Shown here one piece after another: positions 1 to 11,370 of a DNA stretch of 64,000 nt (the first letter of the stretch is position 1; every line of letters starts with the position of its first letter). The translations under genes were made by a program, and so were the position numbers. The DNA is taken from IMG/VR virus record IMGVR_UViG_3300037502_003770, positions 62,001 through 126,000 of that record; one strand, given 5' to 3'. The notes under the pieces were generated by a model. It did no database searches. It was not told the origin of the DNA and saw only the letters and a program-made list of their open reading frames with translations.

Positions 1-1
1 A

Positions 2-355
2 ACCGTTTTTAATCTTTTATTAAGAATTATTTATTCAAATAAAAAATATTTAAAATCAGATAATTTTAATAATTATTATTTTATTTTGGCTAATAAACTT
101 TCTCTTGATAGTGATACAGTATGTTTATTATTAAAAAATAAAATTATTAGGTTTAATGAGACTTCAGTACATAATCGTAGAAGTTTGCTTGTTTGTAAAA
201 CTGCACTAGAATATGATTTTAACAATTTTAAATATATTCCAAATGAATTACAAAAAAATACTGAAATTTTAGCTTTATATAAATCTGAATTTTTCAGACA
301 ATCAATAAAAAAATTTAATATAAAAAATTCTAATTTTTATGAAAATAATAATTAA
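2..355 (+). CDS. 5'-truncated DUF4116-like repeat protein (paralog of 2153-4327 cluster)
   Basis: Frame is open from base 2; 'KYIPNELQKNTEILALY' matches the C-termini of the neighbouring paralogs. Confidence 0.6.
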   Translation, partial: TVFNLLLRIIYSNKKYLKSDNFNNYYFILANKLSLDSDTVCLLLKNKIIRFNETSVHNRRSLLVCKTALEYDFNNFKYIPNELQKNTEILALYKSEFFRQSIKKFNIKNSNFYENNN

Positions 356-679
356 ATTTAAATAAACTTAACAATATGAATAACATATATATTTCTAATG
401 ACTTTTTTATTTATATAGATTATGACTTGGGTTATAATTTATTTTTAATAAATTTTAAAGAAACAAATATTTTTAGCGAATATAGTCTTTATTACAAGCG
501 ACAACTTATCAAACATAAAACCAAAGATGTTTATTTTTTTTAATATTATTGAAATTATTGAAAATATAGATATTTCAGAAAAATTTTTAATTAATATAAT
601 AGAATTTTTCTATAGTAATGAATATAGTATTCATCTTGGTATTAATAATATTAAATATTTACCTAAAAAATATGTAACC

Positions 680-2052
680 GTTTATGAAAATATTATTAAA
701 TATTTCCACTTTAAACCTTTAAGAATTTAACCTCTTAACTGTCTCGGTATTACGGATAATACCTCTATCTCCTCATGTAAACAATCGGAGATTGCATTTG
801 AATACTTCTTCATTATATTATAACTACCATTTACATCAGCATTTATAACTATCCCTTTTGAAGATTTAAATAATTTTGTTGTAATCCTACTACCCAAATA
901 ACTATCTTTCTTACATAAAGACTCATTATCTAAAAAAGAACACTTACTTGTATAAGATTCCTCTTGTCTTACAAGTTTGATTCCCTTTTCAAATAACTTG
1001 TACTCTAACATAGAAAATAATTTATAATAAGGTATCATTACAAAATTTTGATTATTTTTCTTTCCATTATTAATGTCTTGTTTCCATTCTTTATTTCTAC
1101 CTACTACTAAAGTATGATAGTTTTTTGAAACTAAATGATTCACTAATAATTTACTTATTTTATGTAAATAATCTTCTATTTTGTTATTTCTTCTTAAATT
1201 TAATTTTTCTATCCTTTTAGAAGTATAAACTCCTTTATCTAACTTACTTCTAAACTCAGCTAACTTCTTATTATAATATTGATTTATATTCTTTAATGGT
1301 TTACCATTTATTATTAAAGGTTGTTTATTATCAGAAAAAGTTAATGTTAATAAATTATTAACACCTACATCCGCTGAACACACCCTTTCTTTAGAAGATG
1401 GTTTAACAAAAAGAGATGTATCTATTTTTTTAGAATAAACAACTTCTATTACATAATATCCATATTTAGGAACAATTCTTACTTGTTTAATATTAGTTTT
1501 ATTCACTATCTTACTTTCTAATAAAATAGAAGTCATACTTAACTTAATCAACCCTTTAGAAAGAAATTTCTTATCTTTAGAAATAGCACCTTTTTCATAG
1601 GTTGTGATGTATTTTCTATTTTTATCTAAATATTTAGGAATATTAACCTTTTCATTATATTTTCCTTTTAATTTAAGTTTTAATAAAGAAAAGAAAGATT
1701 TAAAGTTTTTATCTACTAATTTTAAAGTTTGTTTAGATACTTTATCAGGTAACTCTCTATAATCAAAAGAATCTCTTACTTTATAATAGAGTTGTAAATA
1801 AGAAAGATATTTTTTTGTTTCAAAGAAATGTTGTCTTACAATAAAGAGGGCATAGTTATAGAGATTTCTACTTTTAGTACAAAGAGTTTCACATTCAGAA
1901 AAGAATTTATGATTAGGAGTTATTGTATATTTTTGTACTCTATTAACTAACATTTAAAATAAGTATATTTATATATAAATAGTAAAAATAAATTATTTTT
2001 ATTAACAGAAAGGTGTATAAAATATAATATAAAAATATTAACATTTTCAAAG
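680..2052 (-). mobile_element. Non-autonomous IS200/IS605-type (tnpB-only) element
   Basis: Boundaries inferred from restoring the host reading frame. Similar GAAAAT-containing imperfect hairpins at both ends; no tnpA. Confidence 0.7.
727..1953 (-). CDS. tnpB: RNA-guided endonuclease TnpB (IS200/IS605 OrfB, IS1341-like)
   Basis: N-terminal 'SRNLYNYALF'; RuvC motifs 'ADVGVNNL', 'QEESYTSKCS', 'INADVNGSYNI'. Confidence 0.93.
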   Translation of the reverse strand: MLVNRVQKYTITPNHKFFSECETLCTKSRNLYNYALFIVRQHFFETKKYLSYLQLYYKVRDSFDYRELPDKVSKQTLKLVDKNFKSFFSLLKLKLKGKYNEKVNIPKYLDKNRKYITTYEKGAISKDKKFLSKGLIKLSMTSILLESKIVNKTNIKQVRIVPKYGYYVIEVVYSKKIDTSLFVKPSSKERVCSADVGVNNLLTLTFSDNKQPLIINGKPLKNINQYYNKKLAEFRSKLDKGVYTSKRIEKLNLRRNNKIEDYLHKISKLLVNHLVSKNYHTLVVGRNKEWKQDINNGKKNNQNFVMIPYYKLFSMLEYKLFEKGIKLVRQEESYTSKCSFLDNESLCKKDSYLGSRITTKLFKSSKGIVINADVNGSYNIMKKYSNAISDCLHEEIEVLSVIPRQLRG

Positions 2053-2152
2053 TCTGAAATTTTAACAACATATATTAAAGGATTTTTGAATTCTTCAGAA
2101 AAAAAGTATTCTTTAAATAAAAAAGACTTATTAAAAATAAAAATTGATTTTT

Positions 2153-2704
2153 ATGAAAATAACGATTTATAATAATAACTTTCTTTATATAGAGTGTTTA
2201 ACTACAGCAGTATGTTATAATTTACATATAGATAATTTTTTTGATTCATTTAGGTATAATTACATAAATTATTTTAGTCAAAATAAATACCCTATTAGTT
2301 ATGATTTTTTGTTAAGTCTTGAAAATTATAAACAATACATTTTACCTGAAAATATTTATATCTTTCTTATAAAGAAATATAAAGATAACATCAGATATAC
2401 ATCTTCTGAATTATTTAATAAATTTGGAATAATTTATTCGTCTATTACATATAATATATGTTTAGAATTAATTAAAAATTATAGTGATTTTAAATTGAGT
2501 AAAATACCATCTAAATTTAGGGACATTAATTTATGTAAAGAAGCTTTAAAAAATAATTACTTATATTTAAGTTCAGTACCTAAAAAATTAAGAAATAATA
2601 AGGAAATACTTAATGTATATTTAGAATCTTTTATTAAATATACTAAAGAAAAATACGGTATTTCTGAAGAAAATATAGCTAAATTAAAAAACTTTTCTCT
2701 TTAA
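2153..2704 (+). CDS. YxE-leader protein with DUF4116-like repeats
   Basis: MKITIYNNNFLYIE leader; IPSKFRDINLCKEAL / VPKKLRNNKEI repeats. Confidence 0.65.
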   Translation: MKITIYNNNFLYIECLTTAVCYNLHIDNFFDSFRYNYINYFSQNKYPISYDFLLSLENYKQYILPENIYIFLIKKYKDNIRYTSSELFNKFGIIYSSITYNICLELIKNYSDFKLSKIPSKFRDINLCKEALKNNYLYLSSVPKKLRNNKEILNVYLESFIKYTKEKYGISEENIAKLKNFSL

Positions 2705-2705
2705 A

Positions 2706-3275
2706 ATGGAAATAATACTTACAAATAATATTAATTTTCTTTATATAGAAAAAGATGGTTTCCCAAATATAAGTATTTATAGTTTATATTTTGGAAATAA
2801 TCTTTCTTTTTTAGAATCTTATGCTGAAAAAAATGAATTTCGTTATTTAACTAATATTACTGCTGGTTATTTTTGGGATGTTGTAAGATATCTTACAGAT
2901 ATTAAATATATTAATAAATTAGCTGAATTTTATTCTTCTATTAATGATAGTAATAATATTTCTTTTATTCATTTAAATAGAACTTTTATAAATAAAGTTA
3001 ATAAAAAATATTTAAGTACTGAATTGTTTGAAATTATTACATCTAATAAATATTATGGTAACTCACTGAGTGATATTCCTAGTGAATTTAGGTCTTTAAA
3101 AGTATGTTTAAAATTTATTAAATCTGAACCTGAACAAATATATCATGTACCAAAACATTTAAAGAATAATAAAGAAATTATTAATACTTATATATTTCAT
3201 ACAATGGAAAATGCTTGTAGAAAATATAAGTTCTCAAAAGAAATATCAGAACAATTAAAAAACCTTTCTATATAA
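2706..3275 (+). CDS. YxE-leader protein with DUF4116-like repeats
   Basis: MEIILTNNINFLYIE; IPSEFRSLKVC; C-terminal LKNLSI shared with neighbours. Confidence 0.65.
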   Translation: MEIILTNNINFLYIEKDGFPNISIYSLYFGNNLSFLESYAEKNEFRYLTNITAGYFWDVVRYLTDIKYINKLAEFYSSINDSNNISFIHLNRTFINKVNKKYLSTELFEIITSNKYYGNSLSDIPSEFRSLKVCLKFIKSEPEQIYHVPKHLKNNKEIINTYIFHTMENACRKYKFSKEISEQLKNLSI

Positions 3276-3276
3276 A

Positions 3277-3840
3277 ATGAATCAAATAATAATATATACT
3301 GAAACTAATTTTTATGTTGAAACATATAAAACTTTATTCTTAAATAAAAAAACAAACTTACATATATGGTTTCTTTGTAATATAAATAATTTTTCTGATA
3401 ATATAATTATTAGAGATAAAAAAACTGATAAAAGATATATTAATTTAGAAATTAAAAGAAGAATATACGATAGTATTGAAAATATATTCCCATTTAAACA
3501 TGAAAAAATAAGTTTATTAATAGTAAAAAACTTTTTTGATGTAATAAAACATATCAAAGCTTTTAAATCTGTGAAAAATGTTACTTATGAAATAAGTAAA
3601 TATTTTATTGAAAATAATAAATATCAAAGATTACCAAGCATAAAAAAGAAATATAGAACGCTTGAAATTTGTAAGTTAACAATAAAAAATAATTCTACTT
3701 ATATAAGTGATGTACCTGAAGAATTATTAAATAACGAAGAAATCATAAATACATATCTACAAACTTTAATTAATGAAAATATTAAACGTGCTAAATTTTC
3801 TGAAGAAACTATAACTAAATTAAAAAACCTTTCTATATAA
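3277..3840 (+). CDS. YxE-leader protein with DUF4116-like repeats
   Basis: MNQIIIYTETNFYVE; KKYRTLEICKL, VPEELLNNEEI. Confidence 0.65.
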   Translation: MNQIIIYTETNFYVETYKTLFLNKKTNLHIWFLCNINNFSDNIIIRDKKTDKRYINLEIKRRIYDSIENIFPFKHEKISLLIVKNFFDVIKHIKAFKSVKNVTYEISKYFIENNKYQRLPSIKKKYRTLEICKLTIKNNSTYISDVPEELLNNEEIINTYLQTLINENIKRAKFSEETITKLKNLSI

Positions 3841-3841
3841 A

Positions 3842-4327
3842 ATGAAAATTTATTTGAATTTTTATAATTATTTCTATTTTGAATCTTCTGTAAAAACGTA
3901 CTCTCTTTTGAAAAATACAGTTTATTTTCAATTAGCACTGGAGATTTTTTTCGATAGAAATTTTTATAATAAGATTTTTTCGCCACTTACTAAAAACTAT
4001 TATGATTATTCTATTCGTTATAATAAGAAATTTTCAGAAAAACTTAGTATTATGATTAGTAAGTACATGATAAAAGATAATTATGAAATATATCGTGATT
4101 TTTCTTATGAATTACAAACTTTAGAAAATACCTTACTTTATTTAGGTATTATAATTGAAAAGTACAATCACGTAAGTCATTATAATTTATCTGTTATTCC
4201 TAGTAAATTATTAAAAACTAAAGAAATTACACAAAAAATAGCAATGGTACGTATTAAATCTTTATCTTTTGAAGAAGAATTTAACCAAGAATATATTGAA
4301 TCAGTTTTAAAAATTTTAACATTATAA
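3842..4327 (+). CDS. YxE-leader protein (divergent paralog)
   Basis: MKIYLNFYNYFYFE; VIPSKLLKTKEI. Confidence 0.6.
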   Translation: MKIYLNFYNYFYFESSVKTYSLLKNTVYFQLALEIFFDRNFYNKIFSPLTKNYYDYSIRYNKKFSEKLSIMISKYMIKDNYEIYRDFSYELQTLENTLLYLGIIIEKYNHVSHYNLSVIPSKLLKTKEITQKIAMVRIKSLSFEEEFNQEYIESVLKILTL

Positions 4328-4345
4328 AATAAATTAAGTATTATA
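4316..4345 (+). promoter_or_regulatory. Phage-type promoter TTAACA-N16-GTATTATA
   Basis: Motif recurs about 25 times upstream of genes with a 16(17)-bp spacer. Confidence 0.7.
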
Positions 4346-4376
4346 TTTAACATTAAACAAAAACAATCAAACAATT

Positions 4377-6161
4377 ATGTTCAACAAACTAACAACAACA
4401 GGGAAAGCGTTAATTGCCCTACTTATTATTGGTTTACTTATTTGTGGTAAGTTCTTTATTTTCGATAGATTACCTCAAGAAGTTCAAGAATCTCAACATT
4501 TTGGTAAAGTAAGTTTACCAGATTCACCTGAAGCATCTTTAACAGGAAATGCTGCTATTAAATTAGAATTTCCTAAAGAAACAGATGCAAATAATGGTGG
4601 TACAAAAATCATTTGGAAAATGATGGCGTGGCAAAGTCAAAATGGAATTGTTTATTCAAATGGAGGTTCTACCACTAAAGAAAATAGTCTATTTGATAAA
4701 GCTAAATTAGATGTAACACTAGAAAGACAAGATGATTGTTTTAAAAGTTGTGCAGATTTAGTAGCTTTCACTAAACAATACAAAGAAAACCCTGAAACAC
4801 CAGCTGTTTTTATTACATTTATGGGTTCTGGAATTCCAGCCTATATTTCAGGAATTTCTAAACAAGTGGAAGATTTAGGACCTGAATATCAACCAGTAGC
4901 TTTTCTAACAACTGGAAAATCTTATGGTGAAGACCAAATTATAGGTGATAAAAAATATAAAGATAATAAACAAAATCTAAAAGGTGCTACGGTTGTAGGT
5001 GTACGAATGGATGGTGATTTAGATTTAGCTTTAAAACTTTGTGGTGATAATGGAATAAAAGTAAATGTAGATGATAAAGTTTACGACCCTGAAGCTTTAA
5101 ACTTTATGTATTCAGGAACTTTCATGGATGCAGTTGTTATGTATAATAATAATTATTCTGAAACTCGAAAAATCGCTATTAATGGTAAAACAATTGGTAG
5201 AGATACAACAATTAGTGCTGATTTAGTTGCAACATGGACACCAGGCGATGTTAAAGCAAAACAAGGTAGAGGTGGTGTAACAATTATTTCCACTAAACAA
5301 TATGCGAGTATTATGCCAAATATCACAATTACTTGTAAGAAATGGCTAAACGACCACCGAATACAAGCTCAAGAAATTACAAAAGCATGTGCTATCGCAG
5401 GAGACCAAATCAGGACATTTGACGATGTTAAGAAATATGTATCTCGTTTAAATACTGATTTTTATAATGAAAAAGATGCTTCACCTGAATATTGGTACAA
5501 ATATTATAATGGTGAACAAATTGATGAAGATACGAGGTTAGGTGGTTCAATGGTATTTAACTTAGGTGATATGGCAAATATGTTAGGTATCTTCATTGAA
5601 GGACAAACAGACCATACAGATATTTATAAATCAGTTTATAATACCTTTGGTACGCTTCAAAGCAAATATTACCCTAATGATTTACCTAAATACTTAGAAT
5701 ATACTAAGGCTTTTGATAAAACAGTTTTACAAACAGTAATTAATGAAAATCCTGAATTACTCACAGGTAAAATCAATTTAATTGATTATAGTAAAACAGA
5801 AAAAGGCGACCAAATTGGTAATAAATCTTATAATATTGAATTTGCATCAGGTTCATCAGAACTTACCGAAAGTGGCAAACGAGAATTAGATGAAATTTAT
5901 ACTAATATTGTTTCAGCTGACGGTACAAAAGTAGAATTGATTGGTCATACTGATAATCAAGGTATTTCCTCTGAAAACTTATCTCTTTCTGAAAGAAGAG
6001 CCAAATCAGCACTAGAATATCTAAAACAAAAAGGTGTGGAATCTCAAAGATTAGTATCTAAAGGTAGAGGTGATAGTGAACCAGTTGCAGATAATTCCAC
6101 AAGTGCAGGTAGAGCTAAAAATAGAAGGGTAAATATTTCACTCTTTGCTATTAAAGAATAA
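4377..6161 (+). CDS. ABC-type (NitT/TauT-like) substrate-binding protein fused to C-terminal OmpA peptidoglycan-binding domain
   Basis: N-terminal TM anchor; OmpA_C motifs 'IEFASGSSEL','GHTDNQG','NLSLSERRA','GRAKNRRV'. Confidence 0.85.
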   Translation: MFNKLTTTGKALIALLIIGLLICGKFFIFDRLPQEVQESQHFGKVSLPDSPEASLTGNAAIKLEFPKETDANNGGTKIIWKMMAWQSQNGIVYSNGGSTTKENSLFDKAKLDVTLERQDDCFKSCADLVAFTKQYKENPETPAVFITFMGSGIPAYISGISKQVEDLGPEYQPVAFLTTGKSYGEDQIIGDKKYKDNKQNLKGATVVGVRMDGDLDLALKLCGDNGIKVNVDDKVYDPEALNFMYSGTFMDAVVMYNNNYSETRKIAINGKTIGRDTTISADLVATWTPGDVKAKQGRGGVTIISTKQYASIMPNITITCKKWLNDHRIQAQEITKACAIAGDQIRTFDDVKKYVSRLNTDFYNEKDASPEYWYKYYNGEQIDEDTRLGGSMVFNLGDMANMLGIFIEGQTDHTDIYKSVYNTFGTLQSKYYPNDLPKYLEYTKAFDKTVLQTVINENPELLTGKINLIDYSKTEKGDQIGNKSYNIEFASGSSELTESGKRELDEIYTNIVSADGTKVELIGHTDNQGISSENLSLSERRAKSALEYLKQKGVESQRLVSKGRGDSEPVADNSTSAGRAKNRRVNISLFAIKE

Positions 6162-6183
6162 AATATAACCTTATTTAAAATAA

Positions 6184-6227
6184 AAAAACTCTCAATTTTA
6201 ACGATTGGGGGTTTTTTTTGTAATATA
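6184..6227 (+). terminator. Intrinsic terminator hairpin overlapping promoter TTAACG-N16-GTAATATA
   Basis: aaaactctcaat...attgggggtttt followed by a T-run; TTAACG lies in the loop. Confidence 0.65.
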
Positions 6228-6249
6228 AATAAACATAAACAACATTATA

Positions 6250-6855
6250 ATGAAACTAACTTATTCTATTTCAGAAAATAATTATATTGGAATTAGCAAT
6301 CAAATTTTCTTTTATGAGTTACTATTTGGTTTATCTATATTAAAAAATAATACAGTTTATTTTAGCATACCTTCTTCTTATAGTGAAAGGTTATCTGAAT
6401 CATTAAAAATAATTACAGGAAATATTGAATCTTTAATAAAAGTTGATAATAAAATTAAATATGTTGATGTTATATTTTCAAGTTCTATTGAGAAAGCTGA
6501 AATATCATTTTCTTCTCATCATAAATTTAGTTTAGATATAAATGATAAATTAAATATATCTTACTTAATTGAGAGAATACAAAAATTTTCTAATTTAAAA
6601 GCATTAGAAAATATCAATGTTACTGACGAAACAATGGAACTTTCAGAAGGCTCCGTTGCTTTATTAAAAACAGCTTTAGAAAAATTAGAACCTTCTATTC
6701 AAGAAGCTATTTTATTAAATGATATACCTACTTTATTGAAAATTGCTTTAGTAAATAAACTATATAGATTAGTTGATACTAATTTAGAATTTGATAATAT
6801 TCTAAAAGTAGAAGATATTGCAACAGCTTTACAATTTTTACCTAGATTAAATTAA
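6250..6855 (+). CDS. Hypothetical protein
   Basis: 201-aa ORF downstream of a promoter. Confidence 0.6.
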   Translation: MKLTYSISENNYIGISNQIFFYELLFGLSILKNNTVYFSIPSSYSERLSESLKIITGNIESLIKVDNKIKYVDVIFSSSIEKAEISFSSHHKFSLDINDKLNISYLIERIQKFSNLKALENINVTDETMELSEGSVALLKTALEKLEPSIQEAILLNDIPTLLKIALVNKLYRLVDTNLEFDNILKVEDIATALQFLPRLN

Positions 6856-6856
6856 T

Positions 6857-7791
6857 ATGAAGGATGATATTTTTTTACAAATTGATATAAATACTGGTCA
6901 CACAAAATACTTTGAACGTGACAGTAAATTTAATTTAAAACTTTCTTTAATTATTATTTATTTTACAGAAGAGACTTTTTTGAATAAAAATGGTTTGTAT
7001 CTTTTACTTATAATGAAAGATGGTAAAACCATTTTCTTTAAAGATTTTAGACATCAAAAAATAATTTATTATGTTGGAAATTAGTATATATTATAATTAT
7101 ACAACTTACAATGAAATTTTTGATATTAGCGTATTGAAATCATGTCTTAATATACAGATAAAAGAATATATAGTTTTCCATGAATATATACAATCTTTTT
7201 CTAAGTTAATTTCATATTATAATAAAAATCTTCGTAACTTAAAATATTATGTTAATAAAAATTAAACTCTCAGAACATTGTTTTTATATTGAGGATTCTT
7301 TATACTCAAGACCTTTTACAAGAAGGAACTTTGCTTTTGATTTAATTTTAAATAATTTTAATGAAATAACATATTTTTTCAATAATAATTTTTATTTAAC
7401 ATGTAATATAAATAAAAATAATATTGAATATTTTGATATTTCACTAATGACTGGTATTAAAAATTTTCTTAATTTAACGCATTATATACCAACATAAATG
7501 TTAGACATTATTTTATATATAGATTGCTTTCAATATATTGAGGCAACAATAGTGGATATCGGTTCACCAAAAAAAATCTTATTTAGATTAGATTTAAATA
7601 ATAAAAATAGAATTTTTATTGAAATAAATAGATTTTCTTTAAAGAAAGGTTATTTTTCATTAATTAACTTTATAAAAGAACGCAAAATTTTATTTAATGA
7701 TTTAGATTATATAAATATTTTAGATTTAAAATATTATTTTAAAATATCAAATTCTATCAAAGAGAAAGATTCTCACCTTGCTTTTCTCTGA
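6857..7791 (+). repeat. Four tandem small YxE-leader / LKYY-type paralogous ORFs (6857, 7071, 7249, 7498)
   Basis: Shared Y-x-E leader and YY-containing ends; overlapping or abutting start/stop. Confidence 0.7.
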
Positions 7792-9072
7792 ATTTAACTG
7801 AAAAACTTTATAAGAATGTAAACATTCTTCAATAGAAACTCTATATCTCATTTTAGAGTTTTTTATTTTAAGGTAAACTTCCTTCCAATCCTTACAATTA
7901 ATAAAAGTTTCCTTCCATTGGTCTTTTATTAACAGATTTGGATAAAAATTTCCCTTATTTCTTTTAATTATACATTCTATTCCCCTGCGTAAAATTTCTA
8001 TTGAGGCATTAACAGCATCGCTGTAATCATATTGCAAATTGCCTATAATAGATGAATACGCAGGATTTATTCTGTATAATTTAATATCTTCAATAAATAA
8101 CCTTTTTGAAAGATTTTCTATAAAAAGATTTCTTTTCCAAAGGTTATTATTTTTTCTATTATATTTTCTTCCTTGACCAGCATTTTTACTTTTAAAAGAT
8201 AAGTCTTCAATAAAAACCGCTTTACAATTATAATACTTTGCAACTAAAGAAATCTTCTTAGAGATTTCAATTACTTCATGTTTAATTTTATTCTGAAAGT
8301 ACTTTGCTTCTTGAGAATCAGTTGATAATTTTAAGGAAATAAATTTATCAGTTAGTTCTTTTAAAGAAAACTCTTGGCAATGAATAAGTTTATCATCTTC
8401 CATAATAGAAATACCTATATTATTAGGATTCATATCTATCCCTAAATATCTTTCTTTTGAAGGGAGAAATTTCTTTTCTTGAGATTTAAATTCTTCAAAA
8501 GAAATATAAATGTATTTTAAATCAAGTTTTACAGAAAATTTATAACCATTCTCAAAACAATCAATATCATTTAATTCCTCAAGTTTAAATAATTCCTTTT
8601 TAATATTTCTTCTTAAAGAAGGGAGGTATAAAGGAATATGTAAATTTCTATTTACTTTAAAAGTGATTTTATTGTTATCAATAATATCTAATTCAAAATA
8701 AGTATTTCCTTTATTAGATGTTGTTCCTTGACAAGTAATAGGTGATAATTTATTTATTTTAAATTCATCATTACTTATCTTACCTTTACATCTTTCATAA
8801 AAGTTATTCTTTCCACCAAAAATAACTTTTTGATTTTGAAATCTTGTATGAACATCTTTTCCTTCTAAAATAGCGTATTCTATTTGTTTAGAATTAAGCT
8901 TTCCAATATTATTTAAACCTTTAAGTAAAGATTTCATTTCTTTAATATCTGTTATCCCTTCAAAATATCTATTATATGAAAACCTTATTACAGAAGAGAA
9001 TTGTTTCATTAAAGAATGGATTTCTTTTAATGAATTTACATCAGTAGTATAAGGCATTTTAATAGTTTTCAA
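7747..9072 (-). CDS. tnpB: TnpB-related RNA-guided nuclease, Zn-finger-less type, copy A (TTG start)
   Basis: RuvC-I YLGIDMN, RuvC-II FIEDL, INPAYSSIIG, RuvC-III SDAVNASIEI. Confidence 0.85.
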   Translation of the reverse strand: MKTIKMPYTTDVNSLKEIHSLMKQFSSVIRFSYNRYFEGITDIKEMKSLLKGLNNIGKLNSKQIEYAILEGKDVHTRFQNQKVIFGGKNNFYERCKGKISNDEFKINKLSPITCQGTTSNKGNTYFELDIIDNNKITFKVNRNLHIPLYLPSLRRNIKKELFKLEELNDIDCFENGYKFSVKLDLKYIYISFEEFKSQEKKFLPSKERYLGIDMNPNNIGISIMEDDKLIHCQEFSLKELTDKFISLKLSTDSQEAKYFQNKIKHEVIEISKKISLVAKYYNCKAVFIEDLSFKSKNAGQGRKYNRKNNNLWKRNLFIENLSKRLFIEDIKLYRINPAYSSIIGNLQYDYSDAVNASIEILRRGIECIIKRNKGNFYPNLLIKDQWKETFINCKDWKEVYLKIKNSKMRYRVSIEECLHSYKVFQLNSEKSKVRIFLFDRI

Positions 9073-9176
9073 AAGTCTTTAATGTTTATTATAAATAGTA
9101 AAAATAAATTATTTAGTATATAATTTTATAACGAATTTAATATATAAATGTATTTATAAAATAAACTTTTCAAAAA

Positions 9177-9398
9177 ATGAAAATATTTATAGGAAATTGG
9201 TTGTTCACTTATGAAGAAATTAATTTAAAAGGTAAAATTGAAGTTTACTTTTGTATTCATTCTTTATATAACAGTCTTTTTATTTATCAACAAAAATCAA
9301 AAAAATTAACTATTTTAACTATAAATGATAATATAAAAAGAATAAGTTTTAGTCGTTATACTCTTAATGTTCATAATTTAAACTATTATATAAACTAA
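9177..9398 (+). CDS. Small YxE-leader/LKYY family protein
   Basis: MKIFIGNWLFTYEE ... NLNYYIN. Confidence 0.6.
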   Translation: MKIFIGNWLFTYEEINLKGKIEVYFCIHSLYNSLFIYQQKSKKLTILTINDNIKRISFSRYTLNVHNLNYYIN

Positions 9399-10210
9399 TG
9401 AAAAAATTATTATTACCATCTTTTATAGAAAAACCTTCTTTTAAAATAATACTTATCTCAAGTATTATTCAGTTTGTTTTAGCTATTTTATTTCTTGAAT
9501 ATAATGGTAATGAGGTATTACCTAAACCAAGTAAAGTTTTACATTCTTTGTATAGTATAGTTATTAGTAAAGATTTTATCTTTGATTTTGTTGCAACATT
9601 ATCTATGATATTTAAGAGTATGTCGATAGCTATTTTAATATCATTATTCTTTATATATTTAAGTTTAATACCTATATTTAGAAATATGGCACAATTCATT
9701 TCTAAATTAAGGTTTTTAACTTACACAGGTTTAGTATTTGTATTTACTGTTATTTTTCATAATGGTTCAGACATTAAACTATCTCTATTCTTATTTGCTA
9801 TTATTCCTTATTTTGTAACATCTTTACTTTCTTATGTAAAAGATATACCACAAAAAGAATATGAGTTAGCTTATACTTTAAAATTTAATGAATTTAAAAC
9901 ATTATATGAAGTAGTAATAAAAGGTCAATTACATACAGTATTTGAAGTAATAAGACAAAACTTTGCAATAGCATGGATGATGATTACAAGCGTTGAAGCA
10001 TACTCTATGAGTGAAGGAGGTTTAGGAACCATGATGATTAAATCAAATAAATATTTAGATATGAATAGTGTTTTTGCTGTATTAATAATAATTTTAATAC
10101 TTGGAATATTCTTTGATTATTTATTTGATGTTTTAAAAGTGTTCTTCTTTCCATATACAAATATAAAAAGGTATGAAAATTTTTGGATAAATAAACTTTT
10201 TAAGAAATGA
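9398..10210 (+). CDS. ABC transporter permease (NitT/TauT/SsuC-like)
   Basis: Multiple TM segments, 'LPKPSKV', EAA-like region, 'AWMMITSVE...GGLG'. Confidence 0.85.
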   Translation: MKKLLLPSFIEKPSFKIILISSIIQFVLAILFLEYNGNEVLPKPSKVLHSLYSIVISKDFIFDFVATLSMIFKSMSIAILISLFFIYLSLIPIFRNMAQFISKLRFLTYTGLVFVFTVIFHNGSDIKLSLFLFAIIPYFVTSLLSYVKDIPQKEYELAYTLKFNEFKTLYEVVIKGQLHTVFEVIRQNFAIAWMMITSVEAYSMSEGGLGTMMIKSNKYLDMNSVFAVLIIILILGIFFDYLFDVLKVFFFPYTNIKRYENFWINKLFKK

Positions 10211-11352
10211 TAAATATCTTTACAGAAAACTTCTTTTATTTAGAAGGTGGTGTCGAAAACCCAATACTTCATATAAGAAAATATACTACTTTCTTATATT
10301 TTAATATAAATATTGTAGATTATTTTATAGAAAAACTACGTAATTTTAAAGTTGTTTTATATCATTTTGGTGAATATAATTTCTTTAATTTAAAATATGA
10401 TGCTCAAGTAAACATATTATATTATTTACAAATTAGTATAAAAAAATCTATTCTTAATAAACTTTCTTTTCCTTTAGCTAAGTTTATCTATGATTCTGCA
10501 CAAATAGGTGGTAAACTTAGTGGTAAAATAAAAGCTAGTCATGTACCAAATAAATACCTTTTTCCAAAATGATACAAATATTTAATGAAAACTTCTTTTA
10601 TTTAGAAGGTGGTTTACAAGATAATGTATATGATAGAATACTAAGTTGTTTTATCTACTTTAATTCTTTCATTCACGATTATTTTATTAGTAAATTTGAT
10701 AAAAATAAAGTAGAACTAAATTTATATCATTTTGAGATATATAATAAGATAGAACTAAATAGAAGTTATAAAAAAATTCCTTATGAAATAACATTTACTT
10801 TAAATAAATTTTTTGTAAAAAAAGCTTCTTTTTCTTTAGTAACAAATATTTACAAATATGCAATATCTTGTGGAAATATTAAGAAAACTAACTTACCAAA
10901 GAAATTTCAAAATTTATGTTAATAAAAATAGAATTTTCAAACAACAATAATTATTTTGAAACGGAAGTAGGAAGGTTTTATTTTCATTTTACTATAACCT
11001 TTTATTATGAATGTGTTCATATTCTTGAAAGTACATTAAATTATATTTATATTAAATATAATAATGAATATTTATATAAAAATTTTCAAAATATTAATAA
11101 ACTTAATTTAAAATATTATTAGTAATTATGTATACTTATATTATAATAATAGAATTATCAAACGATATTAATTATTATGAAAGAGAGCAATTTGCGAGTT
11201 TTTATTTTCATTTTGTAATATCTTGTATTTATTATGAATGTATGCGCTTTAATGAGAGTTTAATATTAATTTATATTGAACATAACGATAAAGATTTATA
11301 TAATTATTATAAAAATATTAACAAACTTAATTTAAAATATTACTTGTTTTAA
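10207..11352 (+). repeat. Four YxE-leader ORFs (10207/10569 pair; 10916/11128 LKYY pair) between permease and ATPase
   Basis: FxENFFYLEGG shared by the first pair; NINKLNLKYY shared by the second pair. Confidence 0.7.
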
Positions 11353-11370
11353 AAAAACCATTTTCAAAAA

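Larger units (their letters stand above)
376..2172 (+). pseudogene. YxE-leader/DUF4116-like gene disrupted by a T8 frameshift (534-541) and by the tnpB element (~680-2052)
   Basis: MNNIYISNDFFIYID leader at 376. Joining 679 to 2053 gives ...LPKKYVT|SEILTTYIKGF...IDFYENNDL*, matching the paralog C-termini. Confidence 0.7.

Noticed and set aside
1974-1993. T4-type late promoter TATAAATA on the + strand
   Set aside because: The motif keeps a fixed distance to the minus-strand tnpB starts, not to + genes, so the reverse orientation is more plausible
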